IMG/VR virus record: IMGVR_UViG_3300028146_000013
Location: 1 to 50,628 of that record
Length of the DNA stretch: 50,628 bases
Direction: 5' to 3' (one strand)
Source: a virus
Taxonomy: Duplodnaviria; Caudoviricetes
Notes under the pieces: generated by a model
What the model was told of the DNA's origin: nothing
Database searches by the model: none
What the model saw: only the letters and a program-made list of their open reading frames with translations
Made by a program: the position numbers and the translations under genes
Part shown: piece by piece, positions 23,864 through 34,496 of the stretch
How the letters are laid out: the number at the start of each line of letters is the position of its first letter
How positions within the stretch are numbered: the first letter of the stretch is position 1

Positions 23864-26460
23864 TGCGGTCTTTTAATGTCTTGAATCTGTTCAGGTTCCA
23901 TGCCCTCTAAGATATCAGTCCGCGCTGTTCCGCTGACAATCCCGTTGATGATCTTCCGTGTCGTAGTCATGGGTAGTCCGTGTAGTACGTATTGCATGAA
24001 TGTAGGGTTGAGGGCGACATAGCGAGCGACGGCTTTGGTGGCCTGAATGTACCATCGACCTTGAGTGATATGCCCGCCCTTCCCAAGAATCGGCTTCTCA
24101 AGGATCGAACCGGCGTGCATCGAGGCCATGGTGCCTTCCTTGACGCCGGGGTAGATAAACCGGATGATCTTGTCTAGTTCGTTGATGTCTTTAGCGAGGC
24201 CCCTGGGGAACAGCAACTCCTGCTGCTTGGCGGTGAACTGCTTGAGCCCTTCGCCCATGGCGTTCTTGCCGAAGTCAGTGATGGCGCTCATCTCCGATAG
24301 CCGAGCTAGTTGCTCTAGGGCGGTTTGACGAAGCGCCTGTAACCTAACCGGGTCATTCTTTAGCAGGTTAACCGCCGCTATAGTCATCGACTCCCCAGAG
24401 AGAATCGCGTTATAGGCTTTCTCTGGTGGCATCGTGGGGTGGTTTAGCTCTGAAAGTAGGTTCTTGTGTAGGTACTCATCTAGCTTCTTCTCAGACTCCT
24501 TGACCGCCGTGAGAGCCTCCCGTACGTTACCCTTGGCAAGAGCCTCAGGAGGCAGCTTCCCGCCTCGAACCGCGAGGGTCTTCCCGAGTTCCCTCAAGTC
24601 AGCCGCCACGGCGCTTCCGTGAACCGCCTCGACCATGGGGCCTGACTTATCCTTGTCGAGCCAATTCAGAAGCTTCATCCCGTCTATGGTCATCGCGCCG
24701 CTTTCATCTCGCGACGAAACCCGCCCGAGGAGAGTCCTCAAGTCTTGAGATTGAACCTGCTTCCACGTTCCCTCGCCCACGATCTTCCTTACCTGGTTAA
24801 CCGTGGAGGCCTTGCCCGACGAAGTAATGAGCCCAACCACCTGTGCCGGGCTAGGCGGAGCGTCGGTCCGGGTTAGCTTCTGAAGCTTCTGTATCGTCGC
24901 GTCGTCGAACTTAGCCCGAGTGGCCTTGTACCAACTGTTGATGTCTCGGAAGCTCTTGACGAATGGGGCTACTGAAGGGTCGTTAGCGGCTAAGTCGATG
25001 GCGTCGTCGGTGGCCTGCGACAGATACATGTGATCGCCTTGGGTAGTGTTGCGCTGGAGGGCAGTGGCTCTACCCCGCTCCCTAAGGACCGTTCGGATAC
25101 GCTGGGCATCTTTGAGGGAGATGTTGCCCTCTACCGGCAACGAGATCCCAAACTCTTTCTCTAGCTGCGCAGCGAACTCTTGCTCCTCCGCCTCCCCCAG
25201 CTTACCCAGTTCCTTGGTGACTGGAGTGTTGGTAGACTTGGGCAGTTGACTGAGGATCTGCTGCGCGGCTTCCCTGATAGGACCCACCGGGACGATCTTG
25301 GCGCCGCCGAGTGCCCCGTGGAGCTTATCGTAGCTATCGTTCGCCGCTGACTTAAACGATGACCAAGCACCACTAGCCTTCGCCTCCACCACCGCAGCAT
25401 CAGGGCCTGACCACTGAGTTAGTTTCTTGACCTCAGCTAGGGCCGGGTCGATCAGCTTGTCTGCGACCGCTCGATTCTCAGCGACGTGGGTCTCTAGAGC
25501 TTCGCTCTGAGCCTGAATGGCTTTCTGGATCATCTCCCCGACTTCACGCCCTGAGAACGCGGAGGTAGGGTTATGGATCTCCTTCAACGTGGCGTCGATG
25601 TAAGGCTTGGGCATTCCGCCCTTCTCAAGGACCTGGGCGACCTCACTCAACACATACTTGCGGTTCGCCTCGAACTGCTTGGCGTAGCGCCCAGTGACCT
25701 TCGTGGCGTCTACCTCGATACGCGCTAGCTTCTTCAAGTCCTCGCCCGAGGTAGCCCAGTGGGGGATAGCTCCCCCTGCCTTCGCCCGGTCGAATAGCCG
25801 CTTTGACTCGTCGGTGACGCCGGTAAAGAACCGGGGGATCTCGCCTCTTAGCGCCCTACCAACCACCCGCCCACCAACCTCGCCTACGGCTCCTCCAATC
25901 GCCTGCTCTTTCATCTGGCCTTTCTCTTGCTCCCACGTCTTGGATCGAGTTCCAGCGACTTCCTTGACGCCCTCTCTAGCTTCATAGCCTGCTACTGCGC
26001 CAGCCGCCGACCCGATGATGCCGCCGATCAAGGACCCCGGCCATCCGCCCGCTCGGCCAGCCGCTGCCCCTGCTTCGCTACCCAAGATCGACCCAGCGAT
26101 CACTGGGCTATCCGCAACCGCGCCTGACAAGAACCCCATGTTCTCCTTCTGAACCTCGATTTTCTTGCCCTCTTTCATCACGAACATGCGAGGGGTGTTA
26201 CCGTCTCCCCATTCGAGCGACACACTACCCTTGCCGTAGCGCTTCTCTAGAAAGAGCTTGGTCTCGTTGGTCGTGTCGTGGGCCTGGATACCGGCTCTAT
26301 CAGCGAAGCTCAAGCCCTCGTTGACCTCACCCTCTCCGTAGGCTGCGCTTGCGCCATGGCCTGAGGAAGGGGAGACCTTGTAGCCTTGCGGAGGATCAGG
26401 GTCAGGCCCCGCTCCAACTACCTTGAAGCCAGGCGGTGGCGGAGGGCTAGCGTCCGTCAT
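23860..26460 (-). CDS. Large internal virion / DNA ejection protein
   Basis: Helical, Gly-zipper segment; third of three genes after the tail hub. Confidence 0.6.
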   Translation of the reverse strand: MTDASPPPPPGFKVVGAGPDPDPPQGYKVSPSSGHGASAAYGEGEVNEGLSFADRAGIQAHDTTNETKLFLEKRYGKGSVSLEWGDGNTPRMFVMKEGKKIEVQKENMGFLSGAVADSPVIAGSILGSEAGAAAGRAGGWPGSLIGGIIGSAAGAVAGYEAREGVKEVAGTRSKTWEQEKGQMKEQAIGGAVGEVGGRVVGRALRGEIPRFFTGVTDESKRLFDRAKAGGAIPHWATSGEDLKKLARIEVDATKVTGRYAKQFEANRKYVLSEVAQVLEKGGMPKPYIDATLKEIHNPTSAFSGREVGEMIQKAIQAQSEALETHVAENRAVADKLIDPALAEVKKLTQWSGPDAAVVEAKASGAWSSFKSAANDSYDKLHGALGGAKIVPVGPIREAAQQILSQLPKSTNTPVTKELGKLGEAEEQEFAAQLEKEFGISLPVEGNISLKDAQRIRTVLRERGRATALQRNTTQGDHMYLSQATDDAIDLAANDPSVAPFVKSFRDINSWYKATRAKFDDATIQKLQKLTRTDAPPSPAQVVGLITSSGKASTVNQVRKIVGEGTWKQVQSQDLRTLLGRVSSRDESGAMTIDGMKLLNWLDKDKSGPMVEAVHGSAVAADLRELGKTLAVRGGKLPPEALAKGNVREALTAVKESEKKLDEYLHKNLLSELNHPTMPPEKAYNAILSGESMTIAAVNLLKNDPVRLQALRQTALEQLARLSEMSAITDFGKNAMGEGLKQFTAKQQELLFPRGLAKDINELDKIIRFIYPGVKEGTMASMHAGSILEKPILGKGGHITQGRWYIQATKAVARYVALNPTFMQYVLHGLPMTTTRKIINGIVSGTARTDILEGMEPEQIQDIKRPQ

Positions 26461-27829
26461 AAGGAACCCACTTACCATCGATCAGAGCCATCTTATCGCC
26501 AGCATCATTAACCGCTATCTTCTCGGGCGTCTTCGCCCCAGTCAAAGTCTCCCGTAGCTTCCTCAACGATTCCCGGCTACTATCCTTGGTATCGAACGTC
26601 TTGCGACCTCTCGCAATCGTCTCAATCTCCTCCTGCTTGAGCTTGGAGAAGTACCCACCTTTATAGATGGGCTTCTGCACTAACCCTTGAAGCGTAGCCA
26701 AGTCAGACTCGAACTGGTGGGATATCTGTGCAGTATGTCTACCCAGCTTCGGGCCGACAAACTCTTCGACCTGCCGCACCTTGCCTAGACCGCCGGTTAC
26801 TTCAATGCCCGCAGCGTCTGCTTGGTCAAGGGTAGTGAGTAGCCGGTCGATCAAGTTAACCGCAGTCTCTACTTCAGCAGGAGCCTTCTTTGGGGCTGCA
26901 AGGTTTCTAAGATCCCCTCGCTCTTTCGCCTCCTTGTAAGCCTTATCAGAGGCAGCAGAGCGGCTCAAGCCTTGCTTACGATATTGAGCCGTCGATTCGG
27001 CAATCTTCTCAGCCACTGTAGCAGCGGCGGCTTTAGGAATCTTACCGCCTAGATCTGGGTCAGACTGAATACGATTGGTAGCGTCTGCTATGTCATCCTT
27101 TGAAGGGTTGAGATCATTTGCCCCGGCCTTGTCTCGATGATTCATTCGGTCCTTAATGTCTTTAGCTTCTAAAGGCATAAGGACACCGACTCTGTAATTG
27201 CGCTCTCTAGTCAAAGCCTCTTCAGCGGCTTTAGCCGCTTGAGATTGTTCGGTCAACGCCTTATCCTTCGCAGTCTGAATCCCCGACTGGAGCGCCTTCT
27301 TAAGCTCTGGCGTCCAGTGCTTCATTAGCTCGAAGATCTTCTGGATGTTGGGGTTCTTAGCTTCCTCTGGATAGAAGCTCTGGAACATCATCACCGCTTG
27401 GTCAGCCCCCTTTTGATCCTCCGCGCCGCCGAGGAGTTCCGAGGCGTGTTGGAGTTGCTGTAGCTGCACATCATTCGTGCGCTTCATAATGTTTTCATGC
27501 TGTTGAAGCATGAGGGTGGATCGCTCTAGAGTCTTGCCCCCTTCCTCGTACATTCCAGCCGCAACCTGCGCGTGACCGACTTGCTGCAAGTAGCCCGACT
27601 CCTGCACCAACCGCTCCGTGGGGTCCTGGCTACCCTTGGCGTTAATCCCGTTCATTACCTCCATCATCTTCTTCTGCTGATCTAGTAGCAGTTTGGACCT
27701 TTGAACAACGAGGTCCTTGTCCTTGATATCAAGCTGCGTCTCCTGCATCTTGAGGGGGAACATCTGCTGGCGCTGGGAATACTCCTGCCCAGCGATAGCC
27801 CCTTCGACAAAGCCGCCGAGATCAGCCAT
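26447..27829 (-). CDS. Internal virion / ejection protein
   Basis: Q/A/K-rich helical protein; synteny. Confidence 0.55.
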   Translation of the reverse strand: MADLGGFVEGAIAGQEYSQRQQMFPLKMQETQLDIKDKDLVVQRSKLLLDQQKKMMEVMNGINAKGSQDPTERLVQESGYLQQVGHAQVAAGMYEEGGKTLERSTLMLQQHENIMKRTNDVQLQQLQHASELLGGAEDQKGADQAVMMFQSFYPEEAKNPNIQKIFELMKHWTPELKKALQSGIQTAKDKALTEQSQAAKAAEEALTRERNYRVGVLMPLEAKDIKDRMNHRDKAGANDLNPSKDDIADATNRIQSDPDLGGKIPKAAAATVAEKIAESTAQYRKQGLSRSAASDKAYKEAKERGDLRNLAAPKKAPAEVETAVNLIDRLLTTLDQADAAGIEVTGGLGKVRQVEEFVGPKLGRHTAQISHQFESDLATLQGLVQKPIYKGGYFSKLKQEEIETIARGRKTFDTKDSSRESLRKLRETLTGAKTPEKIAVNDAGDKMALIDGKWVPYDGR

Positions 27830-28424
27830 GGGCTGGCGCTCCCCAGCTAGTGAAGTCGTTAGACGGTGGAGGCGCCATATACTGTCCTGATGGCGTTATC
27901 GGGTCTAGACCATAATTGGGATCGCCGCCCGAAGGCTGATTGAACATCCCGCTACGTCCTGCAAAGGTCATACCCGCAAGCAATTGCTGTAGCGACTGGT
28001 TAGACGCCGACTGCGCCCCCGAGGCTACATTAAGGCTCTGCGTGGGGTTGACGGGGGATGTTAGCCCTGCGAACTGGCCCAGTAGCTGGGCTTGGGTCTG
28101 GTAAACGTTCGTGGCATAGTCCTGACCGTACTTGGTCAGGGCAATCGCCTCGTTGCCAGAGCCCAAGAACCCGCTTCCCGCCATCTGCCTAGCCACAGCT
28201 TGTTCGCCCTGCTGCTGGTTGAACTTGTAGCCAGGGAGGCTAGTGACCGAGCTTGGATCAGAGATCAGCTTCTGTAGCATCTGGGCGTACTGTTGCTGTT
28301 CGCCAAACACCGTTGCGGATTGACTCTGAGCCTGATGCGAGATTCCGTGTTGCTGGGACATCTGATAGGCGCTCATGCCTAGCCCAACAACCCCTACTAC
28401 TCCGGCTGTTACGGCTCCACTCAT
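27822..28424 (-). CDS. DNA transfer (pilot) protein, P22 gp7-like
   Basis: Hydrophobic N-terminus; PGYKF.QQQG..A...GSG...AL..YGQ.YA. Confidence 0.7.
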   Translation of the reverse strand: MSGAVTAGVVGVVGLGMSAYQMSQQHGISHQAQSQSATVFGEQQQYAQMLQKLISDPSSVTSLPGYKFNQQQGEQAVARQMAGSGFLGSGNEAIALTKYGQDYATNVYQTQAQLLGQFAGLTSPVNPTQSLNVASGAQSASNQSLQQLLAGMTFAGRSGMFNQPSGGDPNYGLDPITPSGQYMAPPPSNDFTSWGAPAHG

Positions 28425-29215
28425 GCGGCTAACCTCCTATCGTATAGAACACGATAGTCAATGGTGATCTCGTCGCCAGCGAGAATGCGAGAAGTAGCTA
28501 CCAAGTCCATGTGATCCCGCTCGCCCACGAACTTAGCGTTGGGTACGAAGGAATGATTGGTGTAGCGACCGGCGGGAGTGCGTTTGAAGGCGCGCATCGC
28601 AGGAGCGATGAACTCTCCGGGGTAGAAGCCTTTAGAAGCTATAACCCCTTTACCGCTAATCGGAGACTCTTTAATCTCCACTCCGTAGTCTTTATCGAAC
28701 TCGATTACATCGCTATCGTTCTCAAAGAAAGGTCGAACCTTTTCCTCGTCAACCCCCCGCTCGATGAACATCTGGCGGTAATGAAGTTGCTGGCCTAGTT
28801 TCAAGACCTCCTCCGCACTCTCGAAGATGTCGGCGGTCATCCCTGCTACGTCACGGCACTCCGCCACGTTCGGGTGGATCGTCCGGGCCAGGACATCCGT
28901 GATGGTGTAGACGACCATATGGTAGCCAGGGGTGGTGTTGACCTGGAGCGGTGCGTCAAGCCTGACCTTGCCATTGGGGCTAATCAGGATCAGCGACCCG
29001 CTGACTAACTGACAAGTGTGGCCGTAGAAGTGCCCTCGACCTACGAACAGTGTCCCTGCTGGTATCCGCATCTCCCTGATATAGACCCCCGGAGCAAAAA
29101 TATGCTCGACGGGCGTCTCGTTCTGAGGCATTAGGGATACCTGATAGGCCACATAGGCAACCTTCTCCTTCCACGTTAGAACTTCCGGTACCTTATCCCA
29201 CTGTTCAACATCCAT
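28421..29215 (-). CDS. Cupin-like domain fused to a SET domain (putative lysine methyltransferase)
   Basis: HIFAPGVYIREMRIPAG...H..H; SPISGKGVIA, RYTNHSFVPNA, GDEITIDY. Confidence 0.85.
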   Translation of the reverse strand: MDVEQWDKVPEVLTWKEKVAYVAYQVSLMPQNETPVEHIFAPGVYIREMRIPAGTLFVGRGHFYGHTCQLVSGSLILISPNGKVRLDAPLQVNTTPGYHMVVYTITDVLARTIHPNVAECRDVAGMTADIFESAEEVLKLGQQLHYRQMFIERGVDEEKVRPFFENDSDVIEFDKDYGVEIKESPISGKGVIASKGFYPGEFIAPAMRAFKRTPAGRYTNHSFVPNAKFVGERDHMDLVATSRILAGDEITIDYRVLYDRRLAA

Positions 29216-29436
29216 TATGATGCCGCCGTTTGGGCCACTACGACCCCGTTTTGAAAGGTGATAGAACCGTTAGAGCCGCCCGAGGTTAGCTTAGCGGTGG
29301 CGATTGTGCCGGTAAAGCCTTTACCTAGAAGGATGTTAATCCGGTTGAACCAACCAAACCAACCTAAGGTAAACACCCCAGCGTGGCCTTCGACCGGCGG
29401 CTGCGCTCTTGGCGGGATTGTGCTGGTCTGACTCAT
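29215..29436 (-). CDS. Small tail-associated protein
   Basis: Synteny; GSITFQNGVVV terminus. Confidence 0.6.
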   Translation of the reverse strand: MSQTSTIPPRAQPPVEGHAGVFTLGWFGWFNRINILLGKGFTGTIATAKLTSGGSNGSITFQNGVVVAQTAAS

Positions 29437-30947
29437 AGCGAACCGATGTCCAGTTGCATCCCCGCTGTCTTGATCCTAAACCGGGTGTTGCATCGATGCC
29501 GCAGATGGTACGCCCGCTTCGTGAAGGTGCCCTCTTGGTCAATGAATGGCTTGTTGTCGTTGAGATCCACTGTACGGAAGTTCGACCAATCCTTATAGTC
29601 GTTATCCGAATACCTCGCCTGCATTTGACTACCCGGCGTTTGATCGCTGGTGAAGTATAGCGCGTTAAGCACCTTGCGGCGGTCTGTTCCTGCAGTAAAG
29701 TTCGGGGTATAGATATCGACCGGGAACAAGACCCCCATGTCGTTCGGGAACACCGTGTCGGCGTCGATCAGATAGATGCTTCCGGGGAGCGAAGTCCCAG
29801 GGAGAGCCTGAGCTATATGGAGACCCTTGCTCGTCGGCGTCGGCGCGATGTAGGAGCAATTCGACATCGGCCAGTAGTTGCCGTTGGCGTCGGTCCATTG
29901 ATACCACAGCTTCTGATCGATGTCATAGACCAGGGTGAAGTTCAGCGACGTATGGGTGATCCCATAGAAGCGATGGCCCTGGTGCTTGAACGAGAAGCTA
30001 TAGAGAGTGTTATCGTTGACCGTGGGGAACCCAATTCGATGGGGACCGCCAGGTAGAATGTTGATCTGCAGGTTGTCTAGCATCCTGTCAATCGATGGAG
30101 TCGATATGATCTTAGGCGCCAAGTTCTCCATCATAATGACCTGAGGGGAGATCGTCTGATTAGATGAGATCCAAAACAGAATCTCATCGATCTTCTGGAT
30201 CGAGTTGGCATGGAGACAGCCGTAGGGGATCTGAGCCTCTGGAACCTGACCGAGCGGTGACCCCGTTGGGTTAAAGGCGTCGTAGAAGATCTGGGTCGTC
30301 CATTGCTTGAAGGCCACCACGAAGGTTAGCTGGGTGAACAGGGCTACGCCAAGGTCGCCCTTGGACGAAGCGAAGATCAAGCTTAGTGGGTCCCAGACCG
30401 AGGCGTCGTTGAACCCTAAAGTACCATGAATACCTCCACTGAAATCCATCACATAAAGCGTGCCGTCTAGATAAGCCCAACCAGGGCAAGTGAAGTCAGG
30501 GAAGTTCGGATCGGTGATCTGGGTTAGCGTCTGCGCTGTGGGATCTAGAATCGCCGCCCCGCTGGTGTTCTTAATCACCACCGTTTGGGTCGGGCTGCTA
30601 TTGATCGTTTCAAAGAAGAACTGCGGGGTAAGCACGGTCGGAGGGACGAAGTTAACAACGGTCCCCACAAAGGAACTGTTAATATAGACATCCTGGCCTA
30701 CCACCGAGATCACTTGGTTGTTGGACGAATAGTAGTAGACTCCGCCAGCCTGCCCGTTGGGCAAGGTGAACTGAGGCGTCGGGCTAATCCCCACCCGCTT
30801 GTTGACCCAGTACTCATTCTCTGAATCTTTCTCTGCGAAGGCGTTGACTAACCGGGCATCCTTGGTTATAGGGATATCAGAGCTTCGAGTGTAGAATTGC
30901 TGCACCAACGGCCAGCGTTGGGGCATTGCGACGGTTTGAGCTGGCAT
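29433..30947 (-). CDS. Packaged-DNA stabilization / tail hub protein (P22 gp10-like)
   Basis: About 500 aa, beta-rich; YLDG, TLVYD...W, YSDND motifs; synteny. Confidence 0.75.
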   Translation of the reverse strand: MPAQTVAMPQRWPLVQQFYTRSSDIPITKDARLVNAFAEKDSENEYWVNKRVGISPTPQFTLPNGQAGGVYYYSSNNQVISVVGQDVYINSSFVGTVVNFVPPTVLTPQFFFETINSSPTQTVVIKNTSGAAILDPTAQTLTQITDPNFPDFTCPGWAYLDGTLYVMDFSGGIHGTLGFNDASVWDPLSLIFASSKGDLGVALFTQLTFVVAFKQWTTQIFYDAFNPTGSPLGQVPEAQIPYGCLHANSIQKIDEILFWISSNQTISPQVIMMENLAPKIISTPSIDRMLDNLQINILPGGPHRIGFPTVNDNTLYSFSFKHQGHRFYGITHTSLNFTLVYDIDQKLWYQWTDANGNYWPMSNCSYIAPTPTSKGLHIAQALPGTSLPGSIYLIDADTVFPNDMGVLFPVDIYTPNFTAGTDRRKVLNALYFTSDQTPGSQMQARYSDNDYKDWSNFRTVDLNDNKPFIDQEGTFTKRAYHLRHRCNTRFRIKTAGMQLDIGSL

Positions 30948-31663
30948 TATCTAAACCGTCCCTGGTACATCTGGCTACGGGAGTCGGGGGTGAAGGTGGT
31001 TGAGGCGTCCTCAACGTCCCAGTCCTCCAAGACCTCTAGGTGATACTCTGCCATCTGCGTACAGCGGGTCACAATCGCTTCAGGCTGTCCGGTACAGATT
31101 TGCTTGGCTAGTTCCCACATCAGCGCCAGGAACCACTCCACCGGGAAGTTCATGGTGTCAATCAGCGTAACCGTTCCAGTCACCTGCTGAGTGATGATAA
31201 GGTGGACAATCCCTGTCGCCGCTTGTGTGTCCGGGGTGAGCCATAAGTTCACGTTTAGCGTCAACTGTTGCTTATCCACAAAGAAGGATGTAATGGTTCC
31301 CTTCTGTGTCGTAGTACTTAACGAGTCCCATTCGCTGCGCCCAATCTGAATCAACGGGCGCCGGTTGGCGTTGATATCGGTATAATACCCCTCGAATCCA
31401 CGTATAGGTTTGGTCATTGGCACATTGCCAGTTGGTCCAAGCGTATACAGGCTTTGCCCAGCAATTGGAGTAATTGATAGATCCTGATTTAGCCATAGCT
31501 TCAATCCTGGTTTGACTTGAAGGAAGTTAAAGATGTAGGTGAGGGTGTTCATGTCCTCCGCGAGGGTGTCGGAGTCGGGGGTCTTGCCCCGGCCAAGGAA
31601 CCCCGCTTCCTTCCGCGCCCGAGAGATAATCTGGAACGGGGTGCCAAAGGTTGCTGGTGTCAT
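30947..31663 (-). CDS. Head-tail adaptor (P22 gp4 / tail tubular A-like)
   Basis: IISRA...G; FPVEWFLALMWELA; synteny. Confidence 0.65.
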   Translation of the reverse strand: MTPATFGTPFQIISRARKEAGFLGRGKTPDSDTLAEDMNTLTYIFNFLQVKPGLKLWLNQDLSITPIAGQSLYTLGPTGNVPMTKPIRGFEGYYTDINANRRPLIQIGRSEWDSLSTTTQKGTITSFFVDKQQLTLNVNLWLTPDTQAATGIVHLIITQQVTGTVTLIDTMNFPVEWFLALMWELAKQICTGQPEAIVTRCTQMAEYHLEVLEDWDVEDASTTFTPDSRSQMYQGRFR

Positions 31664-32001
31664 CGGTCAAAGTCCATTAGGAGTAGAAACGCCTTGGCTG
31701 ATTCTGTGTTGAACCCTGTCGCCCATATCTTCCCGTCCCAGCCCTCCGGGCTCTTAAGCCCCATCTCCAGCTTAAACGCCCCCCGGCTCTCCAATGGTAG
31801 GATAAGTTGCTTTCCTTCCTTATCCCACCAAAGGTAGAGCCCCGCTTTTTCTTGAATCAAGAAAAGGAAACTAGTTATCTTTAAAGGCTTGTGCATCAGA
31901 GTTACTAACTCGAACGGATCGTGTTGCCTTGGAATGAATCCACTAATCTCGACCGATACGTTGCGCGCGCCCGCAGCGGTCTCTTTTACCTTAAAGTCCA
32001 T
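31660..32001 (-). CDS. Hypothetical virion-module protein
   Basis: Coupled ORF. Confidence 0.6.
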   Translation of the reverse strand: MDFKVKETAAGARNVSVEISGFIPRQHDPFELVTLMHKPLKITSFLFLIQEKAGLYLWWDKEGKQLILPLESRGAFKLEMGLKSPEGWDGKIWATGFNTESAKAFLLLMDFDR

Positions 32002-32858
32002 TATCTTTCCTTCTGAACACAGTGGAAGTCCACCGTCATTGTCTTGATCGCCGCTGTGGCAGCGTTGCTGACCCCGAGGATCGGGCTCATGTTGGCGGTG
32101 CTGAGGGGCGTGGGGGTGACTGACTGTTGGAGAGCCGCCACTGCTCCATTCGCCGGTAGAATCGAAACACCTGCAGTGTTCGCCGGTCCGGTTCCTGACT
32201 GAGGCAGATAGCCTACCAACTGACTCCCTACATAGACATAGATGTTCTGTTGCCTGTCAATGGAGAACCCTAGATCGATGAAGGTTGCGTTGACTAGAGT
32301 GTAAGCCGTCGAAGGGATCGTTACCGTAGCCGCCACCGCTGAACCTGTCGGAGAGTTACCCGAAGATGCCGCGATATTGAAGGTCAACACCGTGCTTGAA
32401 GCTGCCTTAGCAAACCAGATACCATCAAGGATCGCCGTGAACGGAGTCACGTCAGCAGCACTGAGACCCGCTACAAACGTCGAAAGCGTCACATCCGACA
32501 ACTGCAATCGAGTCAGATAGAACATCTTCTTAACGCTGGTGGAGGACCCAGGCGGGGTTGCCCCTGTGGTTGGCAGAGTGAAGCTAGGCTGAGGAAGCTG
32601 AATGGACGCGAAGGTTCCCGCGCCCGCCAGAGTACTCAACAGAGCGAACCCACCATCACCCGCTGTATGCGCCGCCGAGCCAGTACCTGAGAGGGTATAG
32701 AGACCCGTAGCACTCAAAAGGTTATCGAAGTCATCTTGGAATTGGTGATAGAAAAACGGGTTTCCAAACCCGCTAGTCGCGAGAGGTTGATAAGGGGCAT
32801 CCGTCGAAGACCCGGCTGATAGTCGAGTTGGCGGAGGGCTTGGGGATTGCGCTGGCAT
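32001..32858 (-). CDS. Putative structural / decoration protein
   Basis: AAGGAG RBS; T/S/A-rich beta protein after the capsid gene. Confidence 0.55.
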   Translation of the reverse strand: MPAQSPSPPPTRLSAGSSTDAPYQPLATSGFGNPFFYHQFQDDFDNLLSATGLYTLSGTGSAAHTAGDGGFALLSTLAGAGTFASIQLPQPSFTLPTTGATPPGSSTSVKKMFYLTRLQLSDVTLSTFVAGLSAADVTPFTAILDGIWFAKAASSTVLTFNIAASSGNSPTGSAVAATVTIPSTAYTLVNATFIDLGFSIDRQQNIYVYVGSQLVGYLPQSGTGPANTAGVSILPANGAVAALQQSVTPTPLSTANMSPILGVSNAATAAIKTMTVDFHCVQKER

Positions 32859-32870
32859 TGAATACTCCTT

Positions 32871-32900
32871 GGATTAAGGGGGCACTAAGGCCCCCCATCC
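32871..32900 (-). terminator. Hairpin after the capsid gene (weak terminator or stabiliser)
   Basis: GGGGGC-cttagt-GCCCCC on - strand; short U-run. Confidence 0.4.
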
Positions 32901-32902
32901 GA

Positions 32903-33826
32903 TTACGGACCGTTAGAACCGAGGATCGCCCGTGGGTCAGTGTTACCCAGCGACAATCTCATATACCAAGCTGCCTTGGCGTTCTTCGTATCGAAGTCAT
33001 TATCCTGATCGAACTCTGGCTTCTCTCTCCAGAAAAGCTGCATCCCATGCAGGCAGTTGGTTCGGACGAACCATGCATGCGGGTTGGTCAAGTAATGATT
33101 CAGCTTCACGCCTTGCGGGAAGGCGTTGGTTGCCTTGATGACGTTGATGTCATTGTTGGCTGTACCGGGCTGCAAAACCGACTTGAGCAGTCGGTTGGCG
33201 TTAAACCACTCCTGACGAGGCGTGATAAGCGACTCAGGGAGAATGCTAATGAACAACGCTCGGTCAGTCTGTAGGCCCATTGCCTGAATGCAAATGTCTT
33301 CAAGACTCGCCTCCATCATGTCTGACGCCGGGGTCAGGGCATTCGAGTACGTGCCGCCGGTAGTGTTGACGTGAGTGGCCGAGCATAGAGTCTGCCCGTC
33401 CGCATTCAAGAACACCGCGCCGGTAAACGCATCGTTATAAACCGCCGCCGCAAGGTTCTCAATCGTCTGAACAGACGAGAAAGAGTTGGCGTGTGCCCGG
33501 TTCATCGATATCTTTTCGTACTGATTGTCTTTGATCTCTTCGTGGGTCACGATATAGCCTAGTGAGTAGGCGATATGCGTATACGTGGAGATTGGACCCT
33601 GGATCTCTGAGTCATAGGTAACTGAGCCGCCCTCAGGCTTCACGTTACCCAGCCCAAACCCAGTGACCTGAACGTCCTGTTCATAGGCCATCGAAGAGGG
33701 CATCTCATCGAATAGGTCTGGGTACTCCATTGCATGTTCGTTATAGACCTGGCCCCAGAAGGCATGGACCCCAGGCCATAGAGCCTTAGGGTGGGCACCA
33801 GTTGAAATTACGCCGCCGATTGCCAT
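32903..33826 (-). CDS. Major capsid protein
   Basis: KALWPGV, GFG...KPEG...YD, LxNPHAWF, DFDTKN pattern of gpT-like capsids; AAGGAG RBS; synteny. Confidence 0.85.
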   Translation of the reverse strand: MAIGGVISTGAHPKALWPGVHAFWGQVYNEHAMEYPDLFDEMPSSMAYEQDVQVTGFGLGNVKPEGGSVTYDSEIQGPISTYTHIAYSLGYIVTHEEIKDNQYEKISMNRAHANSFSSVQTIENLAAAVYNDAFTGAVFLNADGQTLCSATHVNTTGGTYSNALTPASDMMEASLEDICIQAMGLQTDRALFISILPESLITPRQEWFNANRLLKSVLQPGTANNDINVIKATNAFPQGVKLNHYLTNPHAWFVRTNCLHGMQLFWREKPEFDQDNDFDTKNAKAAWYMRLSLGNTDPRAILGSNGP

Positions 33827-33836
33827 TTGATGCTCC

Positions 33837-34496
33837 TTACAGCGACACTATGCCAGTGCGGTAGCTGTGGTTATTGATTAACACCCACCACTTCTGACCG
33901 CCGCCGCCTGTAGCAGGCACGGTGACAAAATGGTTATCAGGCCGCTGCGCCAACGAGATTATCTTGAGATTCAACGTTGCCGTAGTGGTCGGGGCCGCTG
34001 TATCGGTCATCACGGTCTGGGACACATACACCCCAGGGTTAGCAGCGGTTGAGGCTGCGCCCAGAAGGATGTTAGCGTTTCGACCGATGACCACTGCCGT
34101 CAAGTTCGTGCCTGCGCCGCCCTCTTGAATCTCGAATATGATATTCGGGTCATCAAGCACGTAAGCGTAGTAAGGAACTGTCTTCGTCAAAGGCGCGTAG
34201 GTCTTGGACAGATCATTCGGGTTGATGTAGGGACCGCCCGTTGGGTTAGTACCTACCGCCTGAATAACTCCAACCGCCGCCGCGCCTGCTGCGGTTAGGC
34301 TGATCAGCGGCAACCCAGTGTTGGTATCGCCGCCCGCGCCACCCGCAACCAACGACACCAAATCCCCAGGGAAATAGTTGTTCGTCGTGTCCGAGGTAGG
34401 AATCGCGTACATTCTGCCCTTACCAGTCCAGTCCGAGCCGCTCAAGGTAGCAACCGGAGATAGACCAGAGGGCTTGTTTGGATTAGTAAAAGCCAT
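33837..34496 (-). CDS. Capsid-associated (cement/decoration) protein
   Basis: N.P.GL.PV, GD.V, DDPNIIFEIQ, INNH; directly before the capsid gene. Confidence 0.65.
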   Translation of the reverse strand: MAFTNPNKPSGLSPVATLSGSDWTGKGRMYAIPTSDTTNNYFPGDLVSLVAGGAGGDTNTGLPLISLTAAGAAAVGVIQAVGTNPTGGPYINPNDLSKTYAPLTKTVPYYAYVLDDPNIIFEIQEGGAGTNLTAVVIGRNANILLGAASTAANPGVYVSQTVMTDTAAPTTTATLNLKIISLAQRPDNHFVTVPATGGGGQKWWVLINNHSYRTGIVSL

